NCBI GenBank assembly: GCA_016748015.1
Contig: JAAOMT010000436.1
Location: 1,879,511 to 1,943,510, forward strand
Length of the DNA: 64,000 bases
From: Geosiphon pyriformis uo1
Taxonomy: Eukaryota; Fungi; Glomeromycota
Direction: 5' to 3'
Every line of letters starts with the position of its first letter. The first letter of the stretch is position 1. Shown piece by piece: positions 12,689 to 26,863 of this stretch. Made by a program: the position numbers and the translations under genes. The notes beneath the pieces were generated by a model. The model was not told the DNA's origin. It ran no database searches and saw only the letters and a program-made list of their open reading frames with translations.

Positions 12689-15600
12689 GTCAGTTGGTTT
12701 GGAAGTTTGCTACTTGTAATGTTCGGGACTTGAATAACTCTGCTAAACAGGCAGATGTTGTTTGTTGGCACTTTGATATGGGTAATTTGGTTTCAATTTT
12801 CACAGAATCTAAACTTAGAGATAAGATTAGACCATGAATTGCTGGCAAGTTTAATGGTGTTTGGGTGTTCACTTTTGGTTTGAATTCTGGTTGTCTTGGT
12901 TCTGGTGTGGCAATTGTCATGAACAATTCTTTGGCTAAACACGTTTGCAAGGTTTCTAAGATGCTTGGTCAGTTTCTCTCCATCAGACTCCTCTTCAAGA
13001 ATAAGCTTTTGGTTTCTGTTTTGGGTCTCTATGCTGGTGCTTCTTCGAGTGTCCAATTCTCACAGGCTGGCAACATCAATTTTTTGATTGCTAAGACAGT
13101 AAATGAATCATCTTTTGTGGTCTTGAGTGGCGACTTCAATGAAGATGGCACTCGTAAAAGTGCCAGTTTCAAAAAATGCTCTGATCTGGGTCTGGTTAAT
13201 GTCTTGAGTGGAAGTGTGCTTGCTAAGATGCTGACATGAGATAACTCTCATGGTGTTGTCAAGACTATTGACTATATGTTCATCTCTTCAAGCTTGATCA
13301 ATGCTGTGGTGGATCGTGATGTGACTGGTGTTGAGAACTTTTTTGATACTGATCATAAGGCTGTTTCTGTTTCTGTGGGCTTGGGTGGCTTGCTTGACTC
13401 TTAGCTGAACTTGATGCATAAACAGGCTAATAAAGATTATTGGAAGTTTGATTTTGGAGATGCTGGCGAGAAAGGGTGGAACAATTTTAAGGATGCTATG
13501 TTGACCAATAGCATAATGTGCTCGAGTAATTTTACTGCCTCTGTGGAATCTTCAGATTTGGATGCTATGTGAAACATTGTGCACAAAATAATGGTTCTCT
13601 CAGTGGTTGGAACATTCAAAAAAAAATGGTTTAAGGGTTATGATAAGGTTTTTACCAAGGGTTCTTCTAGGTTTCACAAGCTTGAGTTGCTTGTGTTCAA
13701 GCTGGTTAAGACATCTCGTTTAATGTCTAGTGTAGAATTTGCATCATTGTTAAATATGTGGAAGAGACTCGATGTCAATGGTGCTTCGATGGTGAAGTCT
13801 TTGTTTCTGTCAGGTTCTAATTTTAACATGATTCACTTGGCTCTGGCTAAGGTGAGGAAGTCTTACCACTCTGCTAAGTTACTGAAATTCAGATGTACTG
13901 AGGAATCCCATATCAGGACAGCTATTGATAGGAAGATGGAGAGTTTTGAATCAGACAAGAGTCGTACCATCAGGAGTGTTTTGGAGCATCCCTTTTGCAA
14001 AGTGGTACTGGATCATCTAGTTGTAAGTAACGAGTTGATTTTGGAGCCCAGCTTAGTCAAAGCTAGGGTGGATGGAATCATGGAAGGCTGGACCAGGAAG
14101 TGCAAGGTGATGTCTGATATCTCTGATAATTGGTCTCACCAATACAAGTCTTTGGAGTATGTTTTTGATGGTGTGTTTTCTGGTGTAATGTGTCCCATTG
14201 GTTTCAATGAGTTGTTTAGTGTGGTTTCTGGTCTGCCTAAAGGCAAGACTGCTGGTCTCTCTGAGATTTTGAACAAGCTCTAAAAACACTGTGACAAATC
14301 AATTTTGGATATGCTTTTGGTACTTCTAAATTCTTGTTTAATTCGTGAGTCTGTGCCTAGTGCTTGAAAGGAAGCTTGGGTTTCAATGATTCCTAAGCCA
14401 TATGAGTGGGAAGAAGTTCTTACAAACACTCGACCTATTGTCTTGATTAAGACTGTCCACAAAATTCTCTCCAAGATTCTTTCAGATAGGATCTCATTGG
14501 TTTGTAGTACTTTTGATGTTCTGCGTGGGGACAATTTTTTGGTTTTGAAGGGCATGACGACACAGTCTCCCATTTTTGCCATTGGTTCAGTTATTGAGAA
14601 TGCTTTGGAGAAGAATTGTGAGCTCTGGTTAGTATTGCAGGACATGCAGAAAGCTTATGATTCTGTTGGGTGGAAACACCTTCAGGACAGTCTGGTTAGG
14701 ATAAAAATGTGCAGTAGGTTTATTAGGTTTTTTGGTGGCATCCACAATGGTCACGTCAACAGGGTTATGACAGATTTTGGTTTGACAGATGGGTATGAGG
14801 TGCATGATGGCTTGGACCAGGGGGAGGTGTTTTTACTACTCCTTTGGCGCATCTTTTATGATCCTCTTTTGTGTGAAGTTAAGAGGCAGGCAGATGGGTG
14901 TGGTTACAGATTGAATTCTCATTTTATTTCCAGATGTGGTCATACTGAGTCTCGGGCTGGTGTATTTTTATTTTTCGCAGTGGGTGTCTTTGTTGATGAT
15001 ACTATATGGGTTGGCAGCAATCAAAGTGCTACACAGCACATTTTTACCATTGCTAGTGAATTTTTCGATATCAATGACATCTCAATTAATAATGATAAGA
15101 CTGTTGTCATTCCCATCAATTGTGATAATATGGCTTCCTCTTTGTTAATCAGTGGGTCACCTATTTTTATTGCCAAGAAGGGGGAATTGCATCACTATTT
15201 GGAGATCTATTTATCAATTAAGGGTCTTTCGAAGCCTAGCTTGGCTAAAGCACATTCTGATGTCTGGTTCTTTTCTAATTTGGTTCTAAAAAAGGCAGTG
15301 TCTGATAAGCAGTTTTCATATTTGGTTTTGGTGGTCCTCTTTCTTATCATTGGATATAGAACACAGTTCAGTTACGTTCTTATTAGTGCTTGTAGAAAGT
15401 GAGACACTTTAATTCATAGGGGCTTAAGATCTAAGTCTGGTTTGCCACGTGATTTCCCCAATGATGCAATTCATCATCCCTCTCTGTATGGTTTGAAGAC
15501 TTTTGAACAGGTTCAGGCTGAGAGTAAATTGGCTTTGGTCATTTCTTTTGTGAACTCTGTTGGGATTTTGAAGTGTCTATTTTCTCACCAGTCACATGAT

Positions 15601-17373
15601 CTACAGGTCCTCTACTGGCGTCCACTACATCTTTTGCAGTGTCTGGTTTGTGTAAAGATCAATCCTCTTAATAATTTTCTGGCAAGTGTGGTGCATATTT
15701 TCTCTGGGTGTGATTTGTCATTGGGTGGCTCTCTAATTAGCACTTTTTATCAACAGAGTAGAACTCCTATGTTCCTTGTTTTTGGTGAATCGAATTATGT
15801 CAAGAGTGTCTCTTCACTTTGGTATTATGGGATTGCTTTTGTGGATTAGCTGCGGGACCGAAATGGAGCTGTTTTCGAATGGAAGACCTTCAAACGATAG
15901 AAGCGGTTGGACTCATGTGGTCCAGTTCCTGCTTGGTTTGAGCTGTCTATTCAGTTTCTCAATGGTGTGTCTTCTCTTCCTGTCTGTTCCACGCTTTTGG
16001 CTGATAACGCCTCTTCGGATGTTCTTCAGTCTTGTGAGTTTGGCATCATTGGTGCCAGTTTGTTCAATTCTGATATTGGTCATCTTTCTGTTTATACAGA
16101 TGGATCTCTAAGTGATTTAGGGACTGTTGATATGAAAGCTAGAGCTGCTGTTTTCTTTGAGAACATTGGTATGGGTTTGGGTGTAGGGGTATCTGGTTTG
16201 ATGTTTTCTACCTTGATAGAACTGAAAGCCATTGCTCTGGTGCTCGAATGTGTCCCTTTTTCTCACTCAATCGACTTGTTCTTGGACAGTCAGGCTGCTT
16301 TGGATGCTTGCAAGTTGGAGATAGAATTGGTTCACCTGGATTTTAGGAATCGGTGTTGGATCAAACGCCATCATATTGTGAATATTATTTGTCGTAAGAA
16401 TTTAAAAGTTAATTGGTGTAAGGTCAAAGGACACTCAGGAGTTTTAGACAATGAATGGGCTAATAAGTTGGCCAAAACTGCAGCTCTCTCTGGTTGGCAT
16501 CTGCCTCATTCTGTCAATGAACACTATCTTAGGAGTAGTGGTGCAGCCATTTCTGGTAATTCTAAGCATTTTGTTTGGGATGTTTTTCGGTTTGTTCATC
16601 ATGTGCATTGGGAAATCAGTTGTGATACTGGAGTGGTGGCAGGTAGTCTGCATATGGATATTAATTGGTTTAGGTCATCACTGGTTTGGCATCTGGATTC
16701 TCATATGACTGCTGGCTTCACTAGCAAGTGGACAGCTGGTTTTTGGACTTACTTTATGAAGGCATTGTACTATCAACTCCTTGTCGCAGTACATAAGCAG
16801 CTTTATAATAAGCACTACCTTAGTGTAGTGTGTTTGTTCTGTGGTGATGTTGAGGTCTCAGACCATGCTTTTTCTTGTCCATTTAATGCTGATGGTTGTG
16901 CTCAGTTGTTGAATGCTTATGCGGCAGTTTGGGGTGTGCACTCTGGTCTGGCTCATTCTTCCTCAGGTGTCTCATGGCTGTTGTTCACTTATGTGTCTAA
17001 CATTTCAGTTAGTACTGCTCTGTGCAAGAGTTTTGTTTTCAAGGATTGGTTTCGTGAGTCTGTTTCTGTCTTCAAGGATTCCAGGAAAACAAGTTAGAAC
17101 ATTGTGGTCTTTGTGTGTGAGTTCAGCTTGGCTTTTTGGGAAGACATTTGGTTGGTTTGCACCAAGCACCGAGCATTTATGGAAAAAAATGGGCTTATTC
17201 CATGCAATGGGTCTGCTTCTGTCCCAATTTCTGGGCTTTTTTTAAGGCTGTCATCTGGCATAACCCGGCTGCTGGGTGTTGCTGAGGCAATTGGTATTGG
17301 TTTTGGGTTCTGTAAGTCTTGTTTGTTTTTTTCAGACATAGGGGATGAGGTCTCTGTTTATATAAGTGCTTAG
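12685..17373 (+). pseudogene. LINE A ORF2 (APE endonuclease, RT, RNase H, Cys/His tail)
   Basis: EN: TCNVR, TESKL, GDFN, IDY, TDH. RT: IPKP, TRPI, LQDMQKAYDSV, GLDQG, FVDD. RNase H: VYTDGS, ELKAI, LDSQ, VKGHSG. Tail: CLFC...DHAFSC. Many in-frame stops. Confidence 0.93.
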
Positions 17374-17754
17374 TGTTGTCCTGATTGGTTCGAGTGGCTG
17401 GTTACGTGTAGATATTGCATGATTCACACCTAGTTTAGATCATTTGTATGATGTATTGCTTTAGGCAGTGTTTGGACTTTGCTCGTTAAATGTTTTAAAA
17501 AAAAATATATATTTATATGATATTTTATTATAATATTTTATTTATTTTATATAAAATTACAATAAATTTTTTTTATAATATGACAAAAAATAATATATTT
17601 AAAACTAATTATTTATAATAAAAAAAACATATATAAAAATAGAAAAAAATTTAAAACAATATATATATATATATATATATATTTTTATTGTTTATAATAA
17701 AATTAATACTTTTTTTAATTTCAAAAAACTGTATATATAGTTAAATTATACTTT

Positions 17755-18555
17755 AGTCTGGCATTCCGACTTATACATGGCTGCTGGTTTCATTAGTAAA
17801 ATTACTGCTAACACTTGTATGTACTTTATAAAAGCTTTAGATTATCAATTATCAATGACTATTTAAAAATGTCTATATAACAAGTATTATCCTAGTGTGT
17901 TATATTTGTATTGTGACAATATTAAGATTTTTGATCCTGCTTTTTTTTGCATGATTGATGATTTTGTTTGTTGTCAATTATTAGATACCTATGTGGCTGT
18001 TTGATATGCACTTTCTGGTCTTTTTCTTTCATCTTTATGCATATTATAATTATTGTCCTCCTGTGTTTTGAATACTACAATATGTACAGCTCTTTACAAG
18101 GGATTTGTTTTTAAAAATTGGTTTTGGGAGGCTGCATTTGTTTTTAAAAATTCTAAAGTTATAAGTCAGAAGGTTGTGAACTTTATATGTGATTTCTGTC
18201 TTGTTTTTAGGAAAGAGATTTGGTTGATTTGTGCTAAACATTACATTTTTATAAAAAAATAAGCTAATATCATATAATGAGTCAGTTTTGGGTTTGGTGT
18301 CTGGGCTGTTTTCAATGTTTTTTGCTGAATTGATAAGGCATTTGGTATTGGTTTTGGTTTTCATAGGTTTTGTTTATTTGTTTTGAGTATTGAAAGCCTT
18401 GTCTTTGTTTACATAAATGCTTAGTGTTGCTTTGATTGGCTTGAGTGGCTGGTCATGTATAAAAAATACATGATTCACACCTAGTTTAGATTAATTTTTT
18501 GATGTATTGTACTAGGCAGTATTTGGGCCTCACTTGTTAAATGAATAAAAAAAAA
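17755..18555 (+). mobile_element. 5'-truncated LINE (3' end only)
   Basis: Homologous to 16680-17505; carries the shared tail and an A run. Confidence 0.85.
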
Positions 18556-18737
18556 TTATATAAAATTTATATATTATATTAGTATTATTTTAAATATATT
18601 AAATTAATTAATTAAGTTTAAGATTATTTAATATGTTATTTTTAGAAATTAATAATTTAAATAATTAAATTTAAATAGCTTAATTTAAAAAATTAATTAT
18701 ATATTAATAATATTAATTGTAATTATATTTAATATAA

Positions 18738-21700
18738 TTTTTTTTTATTAAGTTTAATAAATACAGCCTAACTACTATCTAAAAACATATAATCATACAA
18801 GATCTTATATTAAGTATGGTTTATGCTTTTTATATATATAACCAGCCACTTAGATCAATTAAAATAGTACTATATATTTAAATTAATTATTACAGAAAAG
18901 TTTTACAAGAAACCAAACTATGTACTGTTTAAACAAAGATATAGACCAAAACAAATATAAACACTCAACTTGATATTAAAATTGTAAATTATTTTACAAA
19001 ACTAAACAGAAGCTAAACCAACTATGGCCAAAATTATAGATTTATTACATAATAATAAGTTATTTTTTTTATAATGCACTTTTAATTTGGCCATTAGTAG
19101 CCAAATGTCAGATTTGTAACTTTTGGCAAAATACCAGACCAAATTAATGATTAATTATTTATTATCTGATTTATTTTTCAATAAATTTACTGTATTAATT
19201 ACCTAATTTTTTATCATAAAATCTTTAACTAATAACATATATAAATAATTAAAAAATCCAGTTTTACAAAGAAAATAAAGTATTATACAGTTAGTAATAC
19301 AGACATCCAACAAATTAGTTTATTTTTTAATAGTATCTGAAATCAAATTTTTTCTAGTATTATCATTGTGTGTATATAAAAACATCTGATATGAGTTTTC
19401 TATTAGTTTATACTGAATACACAATATACTAAAATAACTCGAATTGTATAATTTTTTTCTCTTGGCTACAAACAGTTGGTAGTATAAAACTTTTATGAAA
19501 TATAACTAAAGTACTACAGAAACAGAGTTTGTAAAGCCAGATTAAATTTGATTATTAGAGTATTATACATTAAAAGTCTAATACATATTAACAAAGTTGT
19601 AAAAAAATTTGTCCACAATATCATCTATATACTTGAATTTTCAACTAACAAAACTAATGATCTTAAAAAAACTTCTAATGAAATAATGGGCATTTTTAAA
19701 GACAAATTTGTTCTTCATGACAAGAAAGTAATATAACATCCTAATAGACAATGTAGAATTAGACATAATAACAGTATTGGCAAAAAAATCTGCACACTTA
19801 TTGCTAACAACTCCAAAATAACTTTTGATCTTGTTTTAATTAATTATCAGATTTTTTAATATAATAATTTGATAAATATACTCTTTTTCTATTCAATATA
19901 TATTGTGAAAGTCTGGTTTAATATTTTTCATAACTAAAATACACAAATCTAATGATGCTTGACTATTTATAAACAACACTATCAAACTGTATACAAAAAC
20001 ACAGTTCAAAATAAGAGCAATAGTCTGCAGTTCTACAAAAGTCAAAAAGAGTAAATTATAAATTTTAACTCTCATACTTACATTAGTATCTGAAAAATAA
20101 GTGACAGTACTATCACAAGTGTTTATAGACTCCAAATTTTTGACTAAACTATTCATGTAAACAATTATTTTATTAGTTCTTTTTTTATAAGATACTTTTT
20201 AACAAAACCAATATTATATAAACAACTACTAAAAATAGAACAGTATATTAAAATGTAATTGTTATTTAGACTATTATTTTTAATGAATTTGGCCAACAAA
20301 CTGAACCATTCAGAAATTGAATTTCTAAGATCTAGTTTTTTTATTTGTGAAACATATTTTATATAAAGCATATACTGTAATAATTCAAAAACTAGTTTAT
20401 AAAAACAATACCAAATCTTTTAAGCAAACTCATTACTCTTATATTTTTTCCAACTCTAAGACATTTGCAACAGTAATATTTTTTCTGGCCTAAAAGACAT
20501 TAAGTATATTATTACTTAAAAACAAATCACATAATGCCAGAGTATTTGTCATGTTTGCCAAAAAGCAATTTATAGAAGTAATTAATAGCATGATTGAAAA
20601 ACTAAGAGATTGCTGAAACATTTAACTAATAACTTATAGATCTATAACTCTATATTTAAACAAATTGCTAAAAATGTTTTCTGAATTAACATAAATTACT
20701 AAATTAGCCAGTGAATTTTTAGCCTGTATCTGTTTGAATGTTTTAAGATTATATAATTTAAAATGGGAGATGGCTTTATTGGAAAAATTTTTGGGTAAAT
20801 TGGTCTTGAGTTTTAATCTTTTCTTTAGTATTTTGTTTTATTTCTTATATATACTTACTAACATATAACTAAATTACAACTTATAACCAATTATAAATTG
20901 TAGAACAGCAAACACCAATTACAGAAATTGTTTATTAGAAACAGTTTTTTTCAGCACCAAATTTGTGAAAAATTTTATGTTAAAGTATGCTTTAATAAAA
21001 TTTAGATAAAAAAAATCTTTAATAAACAAGAAAATACAAGTATTAATAAGTTTTATCTTTTTTTATTATTGAAATATTCGACCTACTTATTATCAAATAA
21101 AGATTTTCTACTTTTCAATTAATGCAAATAGCCACTGTTTTTTCTATATTGATTAAAATATTATTGATATGAAAAAATTCACTAATTATGTTCAAAATAT
21201 ATTGAGTAACAGCCATATTATTTCCAATTTAGATTGTATTGTCTATAAAAGTCCCAACTGCTAAAAATAACATTTTGCTATTTCTAAAATTCTGTTTATT
21301 AGTTCATGTAAAAAACTTAGAATTCATTTTATAATCATATATATAGTAATACTTTTTAATCTTACAAAATAAAAAGTCATAGAAAATTCTTCACAGCAGT
21401 AATGAGAAAACTTTATTTTGATTTAGTCTATTATAAACAGTGTATTCTGCTGTAAGTTCAAAATTTGTTATTACTTAATTAATCTAATTATTGTGTAAAT
21501 TTCTAAAAAACCTGATAAAACAAGAACATATTTTGATTTTAGCCAAACTGCTTTTTAAGTAATACTATCTAACAGAATTATATACTTTATACATATCTTG
21601 AAGAATTAACCACAGCTTTCTATCTTTTTTTAATACATTCTTAATTACAAATTCAATAATAAATATTAAAATTTGTATAAATGTGCTTTTTAAAACTAAA

Positions 21701-24700
21701 AATTTTTATTATGCAAGACATCAAACTTACTACATGCTAAAAAAATTCTATTTAAAATAAGCTTTAACAAAATTTTTTGAACTATTTTAATTAAAGCTAT
21801 TAACTTAGTATTAATAAAAATTTTTTTTTAGTCATATAACTTTAGTATTATAGAGATCTAGACTTTTTTTTATTTTGTAAAAACTGCATCCGACTTTAAA
21901 CACATTAAAAATATCTAATAGACTACTCAATATCTGTATATTATTATGTTTTCAGAATTTGTTAGGAATACCAAAAAAATCAGCAGCTTTTTTATTAGAC
22001 AGATTTTCAACTATTTATAAGAACTTATCAATTTTAATATTACATATTACTTTTAAAAAAACATTATTATTAACATAATTTAGAGAAACATATTGGTTAA
22101 ACCACCAGACTGACAAAACACTAAGCATTACATGTTTTTTTGTTCATTTTTTATGATCATATTAATATTAGATTTAACTTTACAAGACTTCAAAACCAAA
22201 TTGTTATTTACTACTAAGTAATTAAATACCATTTTCTAAACTAAATATTCTAAAACACTTTTAATCATATATTTTTTGTTAGAACAAAAGTTTTTTATAT
22301 GTTTTTTTGTTACTTTTTTAATAAAATTGTCTCTAACAACTCTGAATTCATAATACTTGGATTTGTAATACTTTTTCTTAATGTTTAACAAATAACAGAG
22401 AATTTTATTTGTTTTTTTATTATTGCTAATTATGGTTTTTACTTTGGAAGCTTTTTTTTTATTTATAATAATCTAAATATTAAGGAGGCAATTAGTTTTT
22501 TTAGAACAGTTTGAACTCAAACTTTTTATAATCTTAGTTATTAATAGTTTTAGCCTAAAAAACTTATATAATTGTTTGTTTTTTAAACACTTATACTTAC
22601 TAAACTAATATTTAAAAAAAATCTCATTAGCAGAACTCACTACTCCTTTCTTTAAAATTTTTCACATTATATCTAGATTACTATAGCCTCTTGTATTATT
22701 AAAACTTATCATATTCAACAAAAATTTTTCCAAAAAACACTTTTTAAACTATAACTACTTAGTAGTATCAGTGTTTTTAATTTTGAATTTCTTTTTATTT
22801 TTGTTGGTTTGCTTGTATATGCTATTTAAGTAGATATCTAAAAAATCACTCAGTCTAATTAAAATTAAAACTACTTTGTAATTAATATTAAAAAAATCTA
22901 ATATAGAGTTAACTTTATAACTAGCAACTATAGATGATAAACTCTTGCTAACAAAAATATAATTTATGATCTTTTTAACATTTTTTAAGTTGTTTCAAAT
23001 ATAGATTTTGACCAATAGATATCTGTTGAATAAATTGACCAAATCTAAGTCCAAACAAAACTTGAAATTCACATTTTTCTTGGATCTATTTTTGTTGAAA
23101 TCTTTACTTAAAACCACAAAAATGTTAGAATTAACTGCTTTAACAATAAAAAAATTAATCTCTACAGCCTAACTTAACTTTGTTTTAGTAAAAATACCAG
23201 CATATAAACCCAAAATTGTAACTAAAAGCCTGTTTTTAAAAAGAAGTCATACTAAAATAATCCAACTAAAAACTTTCTCTATCTTAAAAACATATTGTTA
23301 TTTATAAAATATAGAAATTATATATTAGTACATAAATTAGCCAATCAAAATAAGATGTAATAAAAGTGAAATTCTAAAATTTCTCTTAGATTCCAAAATT
23401 ATAGGATTCTCATATAAAGAATTGCAGGATTCCAGAATTTCAGAATTTCTCTTAAGGAATTACAGAATTCCAGAAATTTTAGAGTTTTTGGCTAGAAAAT
23501 TAAGGAATTTAAGAAATTTTGTATAATGAAATTTATGTATATATAGCAGTAGTATTAGAAGCAAAAAAAACAAAATCCACAGCTAGAATACACAATTTGA
23601 ATTTCCAGTTAAGAAGCAGTTAGAAACAGTTTAAAATTTATATTACTTATTAATAAATTATCAATTACTACTTAAATTTATGTTATTGTTACTTAATTAA
23701 AAAATATTAATTATTTCCACTCTATTAACACTTCATGTTAATAGAATTTAATACTTAGCTATACTAGAACAATAACTCTTGATTATGGCTATTAATGGGA
23801 TACTAATTCTTATTTTTTTTTCTTATTTTCTTTATTTATTTCTTTTCTTTTATTTTTTTCTTGTTTATTAATTTATTAACTGATTCAAAAAATTAAACAC
23901 TGAGTAATTAATGTCAAAAATAGTTTAGTAAAAGACTCCAAAAGAAGGGTATAGAGTTTAAAAAATTTACAGATAGTTTACCAGAAGAGCATAACTGCTA
24001 GAATAAACTAGTTACTATGCTGAAAAAAGAGATTTAATGGAATTGCGATTTTAGAAGACTACTAACACCATCATTGAATCTCTGTTCATTATACAAAGAA
24101 TTCAAACAAAATTTTCAGATATGAAAACCTTCAAAATTTAATAATATTATATCAATTAAACACTAAGGTATGAGTTTGTTATTTGTTTTCATATTTCAAA
24201 TAATTATTTATAATAATATTAAGCCAGAAAATTGTTTATAATAATAGTCATTCTAGTACCAAATAACTTTTTTCTAAACTGGATGTAAAAATTTAAATTC
24301 TATTAAACTTATTTATAATTCATAATCTAGTATTAGATTTTAACTTTGTTTTTATAACAATAAAAACCATATTACCTAAACTTTTATACCAACAAATAAT
24401 GTCTTTTTGCTTTGCAAAAACATTAATACTCCAAATATTACATATAGCAAACTTCCATATTAAATCAGTCATTAAAATGATAAGGGCATTAGAAAGTTTA
24501 AGCCAAAGCACAACTAATTTAATCTTGCCAAAACTGAATTAACTGAAACTTTAAAGACTATCATTTTTGTTTCTAAACTGCTTATTTTAATAGTCAGAAT
24601 TTTTGATTTACTTAAATGTAAATCTAAAGTTTTTTTATTTACAACTAAAAAAAACAAACAAATAATACAAGTAAGTTATCCAAAACCATATCTAAATTTA

Positions 24701-26465
24701 AATTCAAATTTGATGGTACAGACACAATAAAAAAAGAGAATTAAAAAGTAAGTGCTAAAAGTATTATATTCACAAAGCTTAATTTTTGTACAATACTAGA
24801 TACTTGATTTGCCAAAAGCTCTAAAAAGTATTTTAAAAAAGCCAAATAAGTATTCAAAAAAAATTACCTAATAAAGTGAAAGGAGATTTTTCATTAAAAC
24901 TTGAAGCACCAAAAAGAAGAGAGCCAGAATCAGAACCAGAAAACAAATTTTTAAAAACAAAAGCCATTGAAACTATTTAAATCTATAATTTGCCACTAAA
25001 AGCAACAGAACAAGAAATATAGATGTTTTTTTTGGCATATAACTTGGCCAGTTAAAAACAATTTTCATCTAAAACAAATTTTTTAAATATTTTTAAAGAT
25101 AAAAAAATAGGAAAACCAAAAACACTGCATTTCAAAGCAAAATAACCAAAACATCTATATTTCTTACATTAAATCAAATCTATTCTATTCCAAGAAAATT
25201 TCATATTACCAAAAATTAACTTTATATAAAAGGCAAATTCTAGCTTCTTATCTGATTTAAAACCAATTACAGCATAGTAAACTTTGTTATCAATTTCAAA
25301 TAATTAATTTATGATACAAGTTTTCTTATTAACTTCTTCTAATAAAATACTAAAATTATGAGCAGTTGTTTCTATGAAAAAAGTAAACAAAAAAGTCTTA
25401 AATTAATTTTTAAACATTTAAGTTTTATGATCTTTTATAGTTTTTGTCACATATACTGAATTTTTTTTAATTAAGAATGACTATTTTAATATTAACAGAT
25501 TAGTTTGACTTGATTTAGCAAATTTCATTACAGTCTTTTACCAAAGTTTAATCAATTATAAATAAATTAACACAATTTAATTAAATTCAGATACTGCAAT
25601 AATGATTATTTTTTTGGCATATCCATAAGAATTTTTTTGATTATTACAGTCTAATTTGAACAGATTTTTGTTTTTTGAGATTGTTGTTTACTTTGATTCC
25701 TTTTTTTCCAGCTAATAACACAGTCTTATTTATATTTTTTTTGAAATAAATAATAATCTGATAATCTTCTCAGATTTTAAGAGAGTAATAATTTTTCTAA
25801 AATCATTGATTGTTGAAAAAAGTTTTTTAATTACCTAAGTTTTTGCTGTTATTAACTTTTTTTCAATAACTGAAAAGTTAATATCTAAAACAAAAAATTT
25901 CCTAACAGATACTCTTATTTAAGTTTTCATAATCTTAAAATCTATTCACTTTTTTTCCAAAAAAATATTAAGAAAAGAAGAAAGAAGTTTTTCATTTTTA
26001 TCTATTTTATAGTTAAGTATATTAATAAGAAAACCACAATCCAAGTCAGTATTAAATCTTTTTATTTTAAGAGTTATTGCAGTTAAACTAAAAAGAAAAC
26101 CACTACTAACACCTATTGAGACATTATTAATTTTATTATTATTTGATTTGTTATTTATATTTAAATATATATTATTATTAAGACCAGATTTGACCAAAAA
26201 ATTTTTTTTTTATTACTAAAGTGCTTGATATTATCTATAAATACTTTTTTTTTCTGAGAAAAAATGCCATCAACAGAATCATAAAAGGCTTTTTTAAGCA
26301 CTTTTTTTTGAATATATTGTTACTTAAAACAGCTTTCGAGTTTATTACAAAAAAATTATTAATTTAAAAAATATTGAGAGTAATAATATTAGGATAACTA
26401 AAAACAAAAACTTCTTTTTCAAAACATTGTTCTTTGGAAAATTTTGGATATAGAAGAGAAAGAAG
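18738..26465 (-). mobile_element. Heavily eroded full-length LINE F containing a solo LTR
   Basis: Tail at about 18738-18870. Recognisable remnants ELQTIALILNC (RNase H) and MTDLIWKFAICNI (ORF2 start). The 5' end CTTCTTTCTCTTC is near 26465. Confidence 0.8.
23296..24215. mobile_element. Solo LTR (about 920 bp) of a further family
   Basis: TGTTAT...ATAATA (eroded ATAACA) flanked by 4-bp TSD ATAT. Removing it rejoins the LINE F endonuclease frame. Internal GGAATTCC-like repeats at 23365-23520. Confidence 0.7.
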
Positions 26466-26863
26466 TTTTTTTTTAATTTTTTAATATAATTAAAAGTAAA
26501 TTAATTGATTATATTTTTTAATAACTATTTTTAAATAATAATTACTGATTTAAAATATCAAATTATTCAAATAAAAACATATAAAAATTTTAAAACATAA
26601 CAAAATCTGTTGTTATTAAATTATATATATAATTAAACTATATTATAATTTAATTATAATTAAGTTAATTATTAATTTTTTACTTAATTACTTTTATAAT
26701 AAAAAGCACTTTTTTTGTTAAAATTTTATTAATTTTTTTTTTTTTGCTTAATGAGTGCAGTCCAAAAACAATCTAATACTATGTATCAAAGAAATAATTT
26801 AAATTAGATGTTAATCATATGCTTTCTACATGTGACTAGTCACTCAAACCAATCAAAAACACA

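Larger units (their letters stand above)
10714..17505 (+). mobile_element. Full-length LINE A (ORF1 + APE-RT-RNase H ORF2), inactivated
   Basis: Pyrimidine-rich 5' end shared with other copies, two ORFs, conserved tail, short poly(A), 14-bp TSD AATATATATTTATA (10697-10710 and 17504-17517). Confidence 0.95.

Noticed and set aside
12097-14645. Antisense and off-frame ORFs overlapping the LINEs, the Gypsy and NOP58
   Set aside because: Not conserved between copies and explained by compositional skew or repeats.
17659-17682. (AT)n microsatellite
   Set aside because: Ordinary in this base composition.
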